DNA from: Bacilli bacterium
Lineage (GTDB): Bacteria > Bacillota_I > Bacilli_A > RFN20 > CAG-826
Direction of reading: 5' to 3'
Assembly (NCBI GenBank): GCA_022653695.1
Contig: JALCSW010000001.1
Location: 53,979-117,978 of the forward strand
DNA length: 64,000 nt
Made by a program: the position numbers and the translations under genes
The notes under the pieces: model-generated
What the model was told of the DNA's origin: nothing
Seen by the model: the letters and a program-made list of their open reading frames with translations, nothing else
Databases searched by the model: none
Shown here: positions 9,785-18,687 of the stretch, piece after piece
Layout: each line of letters begins with the position of its first letter
How positions within the stretch are numbered: the first letter of the stretch is position 1

Positions 9785-10246
9785 ATGATCGAAGCGAAAT
9801 TCCAAGTCGGCCTCATGGCGGACGCCAAAGCCATCCGCCTTCGGGTCTTCAAAGAGGAGCAAGGCTACGAAAACGAGTTCGACGGGGATGAAGGCCGCGC
9901 CATCAACCTCGTGCTGTATTTGGACAAAAAACCGATCGGGACGGCGCGGCTGGTCGAAATCGACCCCGAGACGTATCGGGTGGGGCGCGTCGCCGTCTTG
10001 CCCGAGTACCGCCACCACAAAATCGGGACGTATCTCCTGAAATTCATGCAGGTCAAGGCCAAAACCCTCGGGGCCCGCCAACTCGTTTTGGGGGCGCAGC
10101 TCGACAAGACCGCCTTCTATGAGCGGCTCGGTTACGAAAAGGATCCCACGGGGGAGCTCTTTTTCGACGAAGGGCACCCCCACATCATGATGAGGAAGAC
10201 TTTGAAGTTCAGGAAAAGTCGAAGGAAAGGCGCGAACGGCCGTTAG
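9785..10246 (+). CDS. GNAT family N-acetyltransferase (ElaA/YjcF-like)
   Basis: IRLRVFKEEQG, PIGTARL, GRVAVLPEYRHHKIG, AQ...FYERLGY, GHPHIMM. Confidence 0.88.
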   Translation: MIEAKFQVGLMADAKAIRLRVFKEEQGYENEFDGDEGRAINLVLYLDKKPIGTARLVEIDPETYRVGRVAVLPEYRHHKIGTYLLKFMQVKAKTLGARQLVLGAQLDKTAFYERLGYEKDPTGELFFDEGHPHIMMRKTLKFRKSRRKGANGR

Positions 10247-11058
10247 ACGTTGCCGAGGTAAACGTGCTTCAGGTAGCGTCTCGCCACCGCCGCCAGTTCG
10301 GATAGGGCGCCCACATCCGTCGGGGGCTCTTTTTCTTTGTAACGCGGGAAGTAACGGGTGATATGAAGCGCGATCGCGGGGTCAAGCGAGGCGATCCACC
10401 TGGCCTCTTCTTCCATCATGGCCTTCGAATCGTTATGGCCCGGGACGATGAGCGTCGTGATTTCGAGGTGGCTTTCTCGGCAAGCCAGGGCGATGAAATC
10501 CTTCACCATCCCCAAATCGCCGCCGACGAAACGGTAAAATTCATCCGAAAAGCCCTTGAGATCGACGTTCATCGCATCGATGTAGGGAAGGATCTGCCCC
10601 AAAACGTCGAGGGAGGCCGTCCCGTTGCTCACGAGAACGTTAAGAAGGCCCCGCTCATGGATTAGGCGGGCGCAATCGCGCACGAACTCATAGCCGACGA
10701 GAGGCTCGTTGTACGTGTAGGCGAGGCCGATGTTCCCTTGCCTGAGGAGTTCCTGAGCGCAGTCAACGAGAGCCTCGGGGGTCAGGATGTCCGCGCTTGA
10801 GGAAAGGTCGAACTGCGAGATTTCGTAGTTTTGGCAAAACGGGCAACGGAGGTTGCAGCCATAGCTGCCCACCGACAGGATTTTGGAGCCGGGGTGGAAA
10901 AGCAAAAGAGGCTTCTTTTCGATCGGGTCGAGGGAAAGGGAAGTGACGGCCCCGTAGTTTTTGGCTACGATGCGGCCGCCTCTATTGACGCGGGCCCGGC
11001 AAAATCCCACTTGGCCCTCCGCGAGCTCGCAATGGCGGAAGCAAACGGGGCACCTCAT
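10243..11058 (-). CDS. amrS: AmmeMemoRadiSam system radical SAM enzyme
   Basis: N-terminal CxxCxxxC, DPIEKKPL, GCNLRCPFCQNYEISQ, YTYNEP, HVYLGNV. Confidence 0.9.
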   Translation of the reverse strand: MRCPVCFRHCELAEGQVGFCRARVNRGGRIVAKNYGAVTSLSLDPIEKKPLLLFHPGSKILSVGSYGCNLRCPFCQNYEISQFDLSSSADILTPEALVDCAQELLRQGNIGLAYTYNEPLVGYEFVRDCARLIHERGLLNVLVSNGTASLDVLGQILPYIDAMNVDLKGFSDEFYRFVGGDLGMVKDFIALACRESHLEITTLIVPGHNDSKAMMEEEARWIASLDPAIALHITRYFPRYKEKEPPTDVGALSELAAVARRYLKHVYLGNV

Positions 11059-12437
11059 TCGTGACGCACGACCGTGAAACGGAAGAGCTTAACCGGCGCC
11101 TCGGGGGCGATCCCGGCCTTTTTTTTGCAGATGGCGACCTGCTCGTCCGCCGTCTCGACGTTGGGAAGATCGGGCAAAAGAAGGCCCCTTTTGCCGTCGT
11201 TTTCGACAATGAGGCCGTATTTGCGGGGATTAAGCTCCGCCATGGAATCGACCGGTTCGGGGTCGCCAAGGACATCCACCGAAATCTTGAGATACGGGAT
11301 TTCTTTCTCCTCGATCGGGTCGAAGCGCGGGTCTTCGCTGGCGGAGGCGATGGCGTTGGCGACGATTTCCTTGCCGATGTTGCCCTGACTCGCTTTGGTG
11401 GTCCCGACGCAACCGCGAAGCTGGTCGAACTCATGGATCGAGACGAAAACGCCGGCCCGTCGGCCCGTTAACCCAGAGGGGACCTCACGCCCGGAAAGCT
11501 CCTTGCCCTCCTTCACGAAAACGTCGATCGCGTCGTAAGCCAGAAGGACGTAGGGGTCCGCCGCCGCTCGCTTGTTCCGGACTTCGAGGGCCTGCCGCGA
11601 ATAGTAGGCTTCGGCGAAGGAACGGGATGGATCGGCGGGGCCGGCGAGATACTCGCAGACTCCATACCCGACCCCGCAGGGGGCCTCATGCGACAGTTTC
11701 TTGGCTTTGACGGCCGTTCGGTCGAGCGCCCCGGCCATGATGAGGAAACTCCGGTGGCCGCATTCCTCGGCCTTCTCGAGGAAAGCGCCCGAGAAGGCGA
11801 GAAGCTCCCCAAAGGCGCCCCGCTGCATGAGGTCCATGAGGCGCTTGTCGTACTCCGGGCCCTCGGGCTCGTAGCCATAGGGGCCGTCTTCCTTTTGGCA
11901 ATGCGACAGGTCTCCGCTGGCGATGAAGACGATTCTTTTCTTCGTTTCGTCGCAAGCCCTTTTGATCAGCTCGCCGAAACGGTAATGGTCGATGAGGGGA
12001 AGCCCGCTTAAGCCAACCCTGACGAGACGATACGAGGTGTAGTGGCGGTTCACGAAAAAGAGCGGGACCATCGTTCCGTGATCGAGGTAGCGTTCCTCGT
12101 TGCCTTCCGTCCCCGCGGGGAAACGCTGGATTTTGGCCATGAGGGAGATGCGTTCGACGAGCTCGTAATCGTATTGGCAGCGGAACGTCACCCGAGGGAC
12201 GCCGAATTGGGAGAAAGAGCCGGTGACGACTTCCCCGTCGCTGATCTGGAAATAATCGGCGTAAGCCTCCGCGTGGGGGCTCGAAACGATGATCGTGTCG
12301 GGCTGAAGGCGGGCGATTTCCCGCCCCACTTTGTCATAGGCGTCCAAAGTGGCCTGGGCCTTGAGGGCGTCCGAGGCGTCGACGCCCGGGATGAGCATCG
12401 GCGGATGGGGAACCATGAAAGAAGCGATGATGGGCAT
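11055..12437 (-). CDS. amrA: AmmeMemoRadiSam system protein A: LigB/Memo-like domain fused to AMMECR1 domain
   Basis: VPHPP, SPH, LDHG, ASGDLSH, ECG and GVGY, then GVFVSIH...LRGCVGT, DPRF, GLLLPDL. Confidence 0.9.
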   Translation of the reverse strand: MPIIASFMVPHPPMLIPGVDASDALKAQATLDAYDKVGREIARLQPDTIIVSSPHAEAYADYFQISDGEVVTGSFSQFGVPRVTFRCQYDYELVERISLMAKIQRFPAGTEGNEERYLDHGTMVPLFFVNRHYTSYRLVRVGLSGLPLIDHYRFGELIKRACDETKKRIVFIASGDLSHCQKEDGPYGYEPEGPEYDKRLMDLMQRGAFGELLAFSGAFLEKAEECGHRSFLIMAGALDRTAVKAKKLSHEAPCGVGYGVCEYLAGPADPSRSFAEAYYSRQALEVRNKRAAADPYVLLAYDAIDVFVKEGKELSGREVPSGLTGRRAGVFVSIHEFDQLRGCVGTTKASQGNIGKEIVANAIASASEDPRFDPIEEKEIPYLKISVDVLGDPEPVDSMAELNPRKYGLIVENDGKRGLLLPDLPNVETADEQVAICKKKAGIAPEAPVKLFRFTVVRHE

Positions 12438-12511
12438 AGGCTATTTATAGCACGAATGGGGAATCCTTGCGCGCCAAAAGCGAGGAAAACGCCTCCCTGG
12501 CGCCGTTTTCG

Positions 12512-12539
12512 TTTACGAAAAAAGGGCGAATGGTATAAT
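12512..12539 (+). promoter_or_regulatory. Sigma-A promoter for riboswitch-guaD
   Basis: TTTACG -35-like element and extended -10 TGGTATAAT directly upstream of the aptamer. Confidence 0.7.
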
Positions 12540-12544
12540 GGGGC

Positions 12545-12612
12545 CGCTCATATAATCCCATCGACTGGCGTGGGAGTCTCTACCGAGCCGCCGCACGGCT
12601 CCGCTATGGGCG
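12545..12612 (+). ncRNA. Purine (guanine-type) riboswitch aptamer
   Basis: P1 CGCTCATA/TATGGGCG, J1/2 TAAT, P2 TCCCAT/GTGGGA with TGG loop, J2/3 GTCTCTAC, P3 GAGCCG/CGGCTC with CCG loop, C at the discriminator position; upstream of guanine deaminase. Confidence 0.85.
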
Positions 12613-12637
12613 CTCATTTTGCTGAGCCCCATTTTTT
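12606..12637 (+). terminator. Riboswitch expression-platform terminator overlapping the P1 3' strand
   Basis: ATGGG(C)GCTCA-TTTTGC-TGAGCCCCAT followed by a T run. Confidence 0.75.
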
Positions 12638-12655
12638 CATAAAGGAGAGACAAGC

Positions 12656-13912
12656 ATGAAAATCCTCAAAGGCCGTCTGATCCAAGCCCCGAAGCTGGGA
12701 GAGATCCTCGCCTATCCGAACGGAGGCCTCCTCCTCGACGAGGACGGAGCCATCCTCAAAGTCTACGAAACCGTGCCGCGGGAAGCCCCCTGCGAAGTCG
12801 TCGACTACGGGGACAGGCTGATCATGCAATCCTTCGCCGACATGCACCTCCACGGCCCCCAATACCCGATGCTCGGGATGGGCATGGACCTTCCGCTCAT
12901 CGAATGGCTGAAGACATATACCTTCAAAACCGAATCGCGTTTTTCCGATCCCGAATACGCGCGAGGCGTTTACCGCAAACTGGCCCATAAACTCATCGCC
13001 AACGGCACCACCCGCGTCGCGATGTTCGGCTCGCTCCACGTCGATGCCACCCTCATTCTGATGGAGGAACTCGAGAAGGCCGGCCTGACCGGCTACGTCG
13101 GGAAAGTCAACATGGACCGCAACAACGAGCCCTACCTCACCGAAACGAGTGAGGAAAGCGAACGGGAAACCCTTCGCTGGCTCGACGAATGCGGCCGCTT
13201 CCGCTACATCCGCCCGATCCTGACCCCCCGCTTCACCCCGAGTTGCACGAACGGGCTCATGGCTTTCCTAGGGAAACTTTCCGCCGAAAGGCGCCTCCCC
13301 GTCCAATCGCACCTAAGCGAGAACGAGAACGAGATGGCCTGGGTCCATAGGCTCCATCCCGACACCACCCATTACTACCAGTCCTACCAAAAGTACGGCT
13401 TATGGAAAAAGAGGACCCTCATGGCCCATTGCGTCCATAGCGACGAAACGGAACGGAAAGCCATGAAGGAGGCCGGCGTCTACCTCGTCCACTGCCCCGA
13501 CAGCAACGTCAACCTCGTTTCCGGGGTCTGCCCCGTGAGGACCTTCCTCAACGAAGGCGTCAACGTCGTCCTGGGCAGCGACATCGCCGGAGGGGCGCTC
13601 CTGCCGATGTCCCAAAACATCCAGGAAACGATCAAAATCAGCAAAATCCATTCGATCGCCACCAAAGGCAAGGACGCCTTCCTTTCCGTGAATGAGGCCT
13701 ATTACCTCGCCACCACGGCCCCGGCCCTCTATTTCGAAGGGGGCGCGGGGTTCGAGGAAGGGAAGAAACTCCACGCGATCGTGGTCGACGACAGTTCCTT
13801 TTGCCCCGCGACGAGGCCCCTCAGCCTGCAGGAACGCTTTGAGCGCGCCATCTACATGATGGGCGAAAGCAACATCGTGGCCGTCTACAGCGAGGGCCGC
13901 AAAGTCCTCTAG
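12656..13912 (+). CDS. guaD: Guanine deaminase (amidohydrolase)
   Basis: DMHLHGPQY, LIEWLKTYTF, GKVNMDRN, TPRFTPSCT, QSHLSEN, HCPDSN, GSDIAGG. Confidence 0.9.
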   Translation: MKILKGRLIQAPKLGEILAYPNGGLLLDEDGAILKVYETVPREAPCEVVDYGDRLIMQSFADMHLHGPQYPMLGMGMDLPLIEWLKTYTFKTESRFSDPEYARGVYRKLAHKLIANGTTRVAMFGSLHVDATLILMEELEKAGLTGYVGKVNMDRNNEPYLTETSEESERETLRWLDECGRFRYIRPILTPRFTPSCTNGLMAFLGKLSAERRLPVQSHLSENENEMAWVHRLHPDTTHYYQSYQKYGLWKKRTLMAHCVHSDETERKAMKEAGVYLVHCPDSNVNLVSGVCPVRTFLNEGVNVVLGSDIAGGALLPMSQNIQETIKISKIHSIATKGKDAFLSVNEAYYLATTAPALYFEGGAGFEEGKKLHAIVVDDSSFCPATRPLSLQERFERAIYMMGESNIVAVYSEGRKVL

Positions 13913-14034
13913 AAAACGCGTGGGCCGAACCATCCCCGTTTCGCGAAAGGAAAGACGGCCTATGCCGAGGAACTCGGAAGCGAAATAGCCTTCATAAACC
14001 CTTCGTTTGCGTCCCTTCGCTTCGTCGAAACCCC

Positions 14035-14890
14035 TTAAAGAAGGAATTCGTCTTTCAGCCGAGCGGAGAGGGAAGGGGGCAAAAAAGCCTTGTCCCCGAA
14101 TGCGACGAAGGAAGACAAAACGGATCTCTCCTCGCGAAGAACGGATAGGGCCCAGTCCTTCCTAAGGCCCATCCGTTGGGCGGAACGGACGAAGTCATCG
14201 TCGACGAAACCATCCAATTTGCCATTAATCGTCATTTGGCGATGCTTGCTCCATTGTCCGTTCTCATTGTGGGAAAAAGACAAATCATAAGCCGGCGCGA
14301 GTCTCCATGAACCGTCGCGATCCATAAGAAAGGAGATGTTCTTCACGTGATCGTCGTCGTTTTGGGCCACCGCATTGAAGACCATGCGACGAAACAGTTG
14401 CTCCGTTTCCTTTTTCCCACCATGAAGGCGATCGATTATTCCGGCCACTTCTTCATAGGAATGGGCCCCCGGATCCCTGAAATCGAATCCGGCGAGGCCC
14501 GCCAAAGAAAGCATATGCGTCTTCTTTCCTTCCGCGGTCCGGTCAAAACGTTCGGTGAGAAAATGATAATGGCCGCCCGGCATCGGAAAAAGACGGGATG
14601 GCATCATCTCGATTCCGCATGAAACGGCCGCCAAATAGTATGCGTATTCAATTCTCGTATAGTACGTTTTGCCGCCATCCTCGCTTTCTTCGCTCGTGAG
14701 GCCATCGAACTTCAAAATCCCGTATTCGTATCTTTTTAAACCGGAGATCTGACCGGATCTGATTTCACCGTTAGGGCCTAAGGCGATCACCGCTTTGGCC
14801 CGAGCCCCGCCAATCGAGGAACCAACGGCCACCAGTTGGGCGAGACTCGCCTCGTGAATATCGGCTCTGGCTTCCTCGTTCACCGATTGA
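14035..14890 (-). pseudogene. 5'-truncated HipA-family kinase toxin
   Basis: GSSIGGARAKA, ILKFDG, EYAY, ERFDR, NDDDHVKNISFL and LAPAYDL motifs; no HipA N-terminal coupling domain, no good start, no antitoxin. Confidence 0.7.
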
Positions 14891-14922
14891 GAAAGGAAAA
14901 GCAAAGCCGTAAAATGCTAACC

Positions 14923-15462
14923 ATGGGCAAAAAAAGAAAAAAACTCGATGAGCTGAGCCAAGCCAAACTCGTCTATTCGATCGAACTCGGCGTTTTCTCG
15001 CTGATCTTCCTCACCATGGGGCTTCTTTTCTATTTCGAGGTCATCCCGATGAGCGACCGCCGAATCGTCATCTTCAGCGTCATCACCCTCGTCGGCGGGT
15101 TCCTCGGCGTCGGGGATTTCGTTTGGTTCCTTTGCTCGCCCAAACGGAGAAAGAAGAACTCGATGCTCGACAAAGCCTCGCTTCTGCCCGTGCCCCTTTG
15201 CCTCATCCCCCTTGACATCGTGACCTTCGCGAACGGGGCCTTCCCCGACCGCGCCTACTCGATCATGTTCTTCGCCGTCTTCCTTTATTTCGCGATCGAT
15301 TACCTCGTTCAGCTCATCTACCACTGGTTCCGCCCGATCCCCATGCTCCTCGACACGGAGGAGGATCTCAAAAAGGCGGAGCGGAAGGACGCCGAGGCGG
15401 CCCCAAAAGAAAGAGGGGCCGAGCCCGCGACGGCGCCTAAGGACGGGGAAAAAGGCGAATAA
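14923..15462 (+). CDS. Hypothetical membrane protein (about 4 TM)
   Basis: Hydrophobic ORF starting MGKKRKK, followed by a terminator. Confidence 0.7.
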   Translation: MGKKRKKLDELSQAKLVYSIELGVFSLIFLTMGLLFYFEVIPMSDRRIVIFSVITLVGGFLGVGDFVWFLCSPKRRKKNSMLDKASLLPVPLCLIPLDIVTFANGAFPDRAYSIMFFAVFLYFAIDYLVQLIYHWFRPIPMLLDTEEDLKKAERKDAEAAPKERGAEPATAPKDGEKGE

Positions 15463-15465
15463 GCG

Positions 15466-15505
15466 AAAAAAGGGCGGGTCGCGATTCCTGAGGCCCGCCT
15501 TTTTT
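15466..15505. terminator. Bidirectional intrinsic terminator
   Basis: A6-GGGCGGGTC...GGCCCGCC-T6 between convergent genes. Confidence 0.75.
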
Positions 15506-15544
15506 CATGGATTCTCCCTAGAACCCCCAGCCGAAGGGTTTCGG

Positions 15545-16474
15545 CTAGGCTTTTCGCTTATGGGAGGCGTTTTCGGCCTTGCCTTTCCCGATCGGGTAAA
15601 GGATCAGATCGAAAACGAAGAAAGAGGAAGTCGTGAAGAGGGCCCCGAAGGAAACGTCGCTCAGGAAATGGGCGCCGATGAGCATCCGACTGTAAGCGAC
15701 TAGAGCCATCCAGATAAAACCGATCGCGAAGAGAAGAACGTCGTGCTTGGCGAGGCGGCTGTCGAGACGCGGCAGGCAACCCGCGATGAGCAAAGCGACG
15801 GAAGCGCTCGTGACGTGGCCCGAGGGAAAGCTCTTGAACTCCTCGGCGAGGCCCGGGTCGGTCCCCAAGACGGTGGCTCGCAAACCGTTGGCGCTCTCCC
15901 ACCAATTATGAAAGTCGCCCAAAACCGGAACCACCGACCCGCTCGTCTCGCCGACGAGCCAGCGGTACCGCGGACGGGCGTCGAATTTTTTGACGAGGGT
16001 CGTCAGCAAAAGGGCGAGGAAAATGGCCGCGATCATGCAAAGAAGGTCCCTCCGCCAATGGGGATCGTCGCATTTCCTGGCGAAAAAGAAGCCGCCCGAA
16101 TAGGCCAGCCCGCACAAGAGGAAACTGATGGGCCAGCCCAAGTACCACATGCCCTCGACGTCATAGGCGTTGCGGGAGATGATGGCTTTCCCGGCGTAAT
16201 AGACGCCAAAGCCCGTCACGAGAACGCCGAGGGCGATGACGAGAATCCTGCGCCAAAGGACTTTGTCGTCCCTGAGCTCGAGGGAAAGAAGCAGGCCGCC
16301 GATGAAACTGAGGCCGGCGTAGCAGGGCAATTCCCCGACCGCGGCCATGAAAAGGCCAAAGCCGTTGCGGCTGCTGTAGAGAGATTGGGCGATCGCTAGA
16401 TCGTAAAACGACCCGAGGACGATTCCTAAGGCGATAAGGGCGAACACCGGAACGAAAAGCCATTTCTTGCGCAT
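15545..16474 (-). CDS. PAP2 family membrane phosphatase
   Basis: K...RPR, SFPSGH and SRMLIGAHFLSDV motifs. Confidence 0.9.
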   Translation of the reverse strand: MRKKWLFVPVFALIALGIVLGSFYDLAIAQSLYSSRNGFGLFMAAVGELPCYAGLSFIGGLLLSLELRDDKVLWRRILVIALGVLVTGFGVYYAGKAIISRNAYDVEGMWYLGWPISFLLCGLAYSGGFFFARKCDDPHWRRDLLCMIAAIFLALLLTTLVKKFDARPRYRWLVGETSGSVVPVLGDFHNWWESANGLRATVLGTDPGLAEEFKSFPSGHVTSASVALLIAGCLPRLDSRLAKHDVLLFAIGFIWMALVAYSRMLIGAHFLSDVSFGALFTTSSFFVFDLILYPIGKGKAENASHKRKA

Positions 16475-16595
16475 AAGGTATCCTCCGTTTTATCCCATTA
16501 GGTAGATTATAGGCCGCCGTGAGCCTTCGGCGAAACGAGTTTGTGGATTTCGTGGCGGGGACGCCGCCGAAACGGCGCCCCTCCATCGAGGCCCG

Positions 16596-17711
16596 CTATT
16601 TCCTTTTCGGCGACTCGGGCCGTTTCGAGATGACGAGTTGGTTGAAGGGGATGTTGATGCCGTTATCGTTCATGAGGGTGAATATCTTCTCGTTGAGTTC
16701 CCGGGTGACCCCGAACTTGTCCTCCTCTTTGACCGAGGCGATGATGCGAAGCAGAATCCCCGAATCCTGAAACTCCTGAACGCCAAGGAATTTCGGGATC
16801 CCGATAACCCCTTTTGTCTCCTTGCCGATTTTGGGCAGGTTGTCATCGAGGAGCTTGCGGACCGCCTTGAGGTCCTGATCGTAATCGACGGGGATGTCCA
16901 CCACCGCGAACGAGTTCTCCTGGCTCAGGTTGATCGCGGTCGCGATCTTGGAGTTGTGGATGGTTTTGACGTTGCCGGCGGCATCGGTTATCTTGGTCGT
17001 GGCAAGGCCGATTTCGCTGACGACGCCGCGGAATTCATCGATGACGACCGTATCCCCCACCTCGAATTCCTGCTCAAAGACGATGGCGAGTCCTCCTATA
17101 ACGTCGGCGATGAGAGATTGGGCCCCGAGGCCGATGACGAGGGCGACGATGCCGGCGCTCGCGACGAGGGCGGCCGTGTTAACGCCCCAAACGCCCAAAA
17201 TAACGAAAAGCAGGACGATCCAACTCACGTATTTTATGGTGCTGTTGACGAGTTTGCCGATCGTGATGGCCTTCTTGTTGGCGTGGACGGTCGAAAAGGT
17301 GATGACGAAGCGGAGCAAACGCGAGATGCCGATCAAAAGGAAAAGATAGAAGACGGTCTGCAGGATCGGGCTGGCCTGATCGACGAGCCAATTGCCCGTG
17401 ACGGGGGCTTCGTTGCTGAATATTTTGGCGAAATAGCTTCCGGGCCACCACGTTGAGGCGTAAAGCCCGCAGACGACGTAAGCCACGGCGAGGGTCAGGA
17501 AAACCCAGGCCGCGATGGCTTGGGCCCGTTGCTTCCCGTCCATTTCCCGCCATGTCGGATCCTGGGAGCGGGGGCGGCCGCTTAGGTTTTTGCCGTAAAG
17601 GATGGCGTCGGTCGCCGCCTTGGCCCGCGTCCTTGAGCGGGCCCCGACTTCCCTAGCTTCCGCTTTGACCTTTTTGAGCCCGTCTTTTCTTTTTTCGTCT
17701 TTCATATCCAT
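16596..17711 (-). CDS. mscS: Small-conductance mechanosensitive channel family protein
   Basis: AGIVALVIGLGAQSLIADVIGG, FEVGD, GINIPF. Confidence 0.88.
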   Translation of the reverse strand: MDMKDEKRKDGLKKVKAEAREVGARSRTRAKAATDAILYGKNLSGRPRSQDPTWREMDGKQRAQAIAAWVFLTLAVAYVVCGLYASTWWPGSYFAKIFSNEAPVTGNWLVDQASPILQTVFYLFLLIGISRLLRFVITFSTVHANKKAITIGKLVNSTIKYVSWIVLLFVILGVWGVNTAALVASAGIVALVIGLGAQSLIADVIGGLAIVFEQEFEVGDTVVIDEFRGVVSEIGLATTKITDAAGNVKTIHNSKIATAINLSQENSFAVVDIPVDYDQDLKAVRKLLDDNLPKIGKETKGVIGIPKFLGVQEFQDSGILLRIIASVKEEDKFGVTRELNEKIFTLMNDNGINIPFNQLVISKRPESPKRK

Positions 17712-17732
17712 GTCCCTCGCTTTCCCTTTGTT

Positions 17733-18263
17733 TTACTCGATGGTGACCGATTCGCTGAGAAGCGGCCTCGTGCCCACCATGGTCGAGGCGACGACCGTCA
17801 ACGTGTAGGTCCCGCTTTCAAGGGGCTCGAACGTCCCCGCGCAGTCGATGGTGGTAAGGCTGTTGAAACCGGTGAACGAATAGATTTGCCTCTCGATGTC
17901 GTTCCGTTCCTCGATCCCAACCTCGAGAGTGGCCTCGAAGGAGCACGTCGCGAAGAACGAATAGGAAACGCCGCCTCTTAGGGACGACACCTCCACGTCC
18001 GTCAGCTCCGGGACGGCCCCTTGAATGAGGGCGAACACGGAAACGGCCAAAATCCCAGCCACCCCCGTTGCCATCGCGGCATTGCTGGCCTTTTTTCGGC
18101 TCGCCAAACCGATGTTCCCTTCGTTCTTCGTCGCCTGAAGGGACGAGCCGAGGTCGCCGTCGCTATAGCCGGTGACTTCGTGGCGGATCCCTAGGGGATT
18201 TCCACTGAGGCTGGACGTTTTGATGTCGTTGTATTCACCATGCTCATATGTGTTGCGGGCCAT
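17733..18263 (-). CDS. Hypothetical single-pass membrane protein with an Ig/FN3-like C-terminal region
   Basis: One TM segment followed by a beta-rich domain (LESGTYTLTV); start uncertain. Confidence 0.5.
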   Translation of the reverse strand: MARNTYEHGEYNDIKTSSLSGNPLGIRHEVTGYSDGDLGSSLQATKNEGNIGLASRKKASNAAMATGVAGILAVSVFALIQGAVPELTDVEVSSLRGGVSYSFFATCSFEATLEVGIEERNDIERQIYSFTGFNSLTTIDCAGTFEPLESGTYTLTVVASTMVGTRPLLSESVTIE

Positions 18264-18687
18264 GGCGAAATTAGCCCGCTCGTGCCACTTGAGGTTGTTT
18301 GGCGAAACGCCGGTTTTCATAACTAAGGAAATCATAGCAAGGAAACGATGCCGATGCATTCAAAACGGAAGCGGCGAGGCGAAAGCGCGAAAATATAAAA
18401 TATTTACAATTCAACAATAAACCCGCTTTCCTCCGTCGCGGTTTTCTTTAACGCTTGACCACATCAAGGCAAAACGGTTTTCCCCGATCGTTAAGTAATC
18501 TCTCTTAGAGAATAGTGTCTCCTTTTTTTGATTGAAAACGCGCGCGTCCATACTTAGTATATATAACGTTTATTAAGGACCAATATCGGTTGTTTAGAGA
18601 CGTTGGGAATCCTAAACCCCGTTGGTCAATAGTAGGCTTCATAAACGCGTATCGCGCAAAAGCGATTGAGAAACAGGAGGCTCATCT

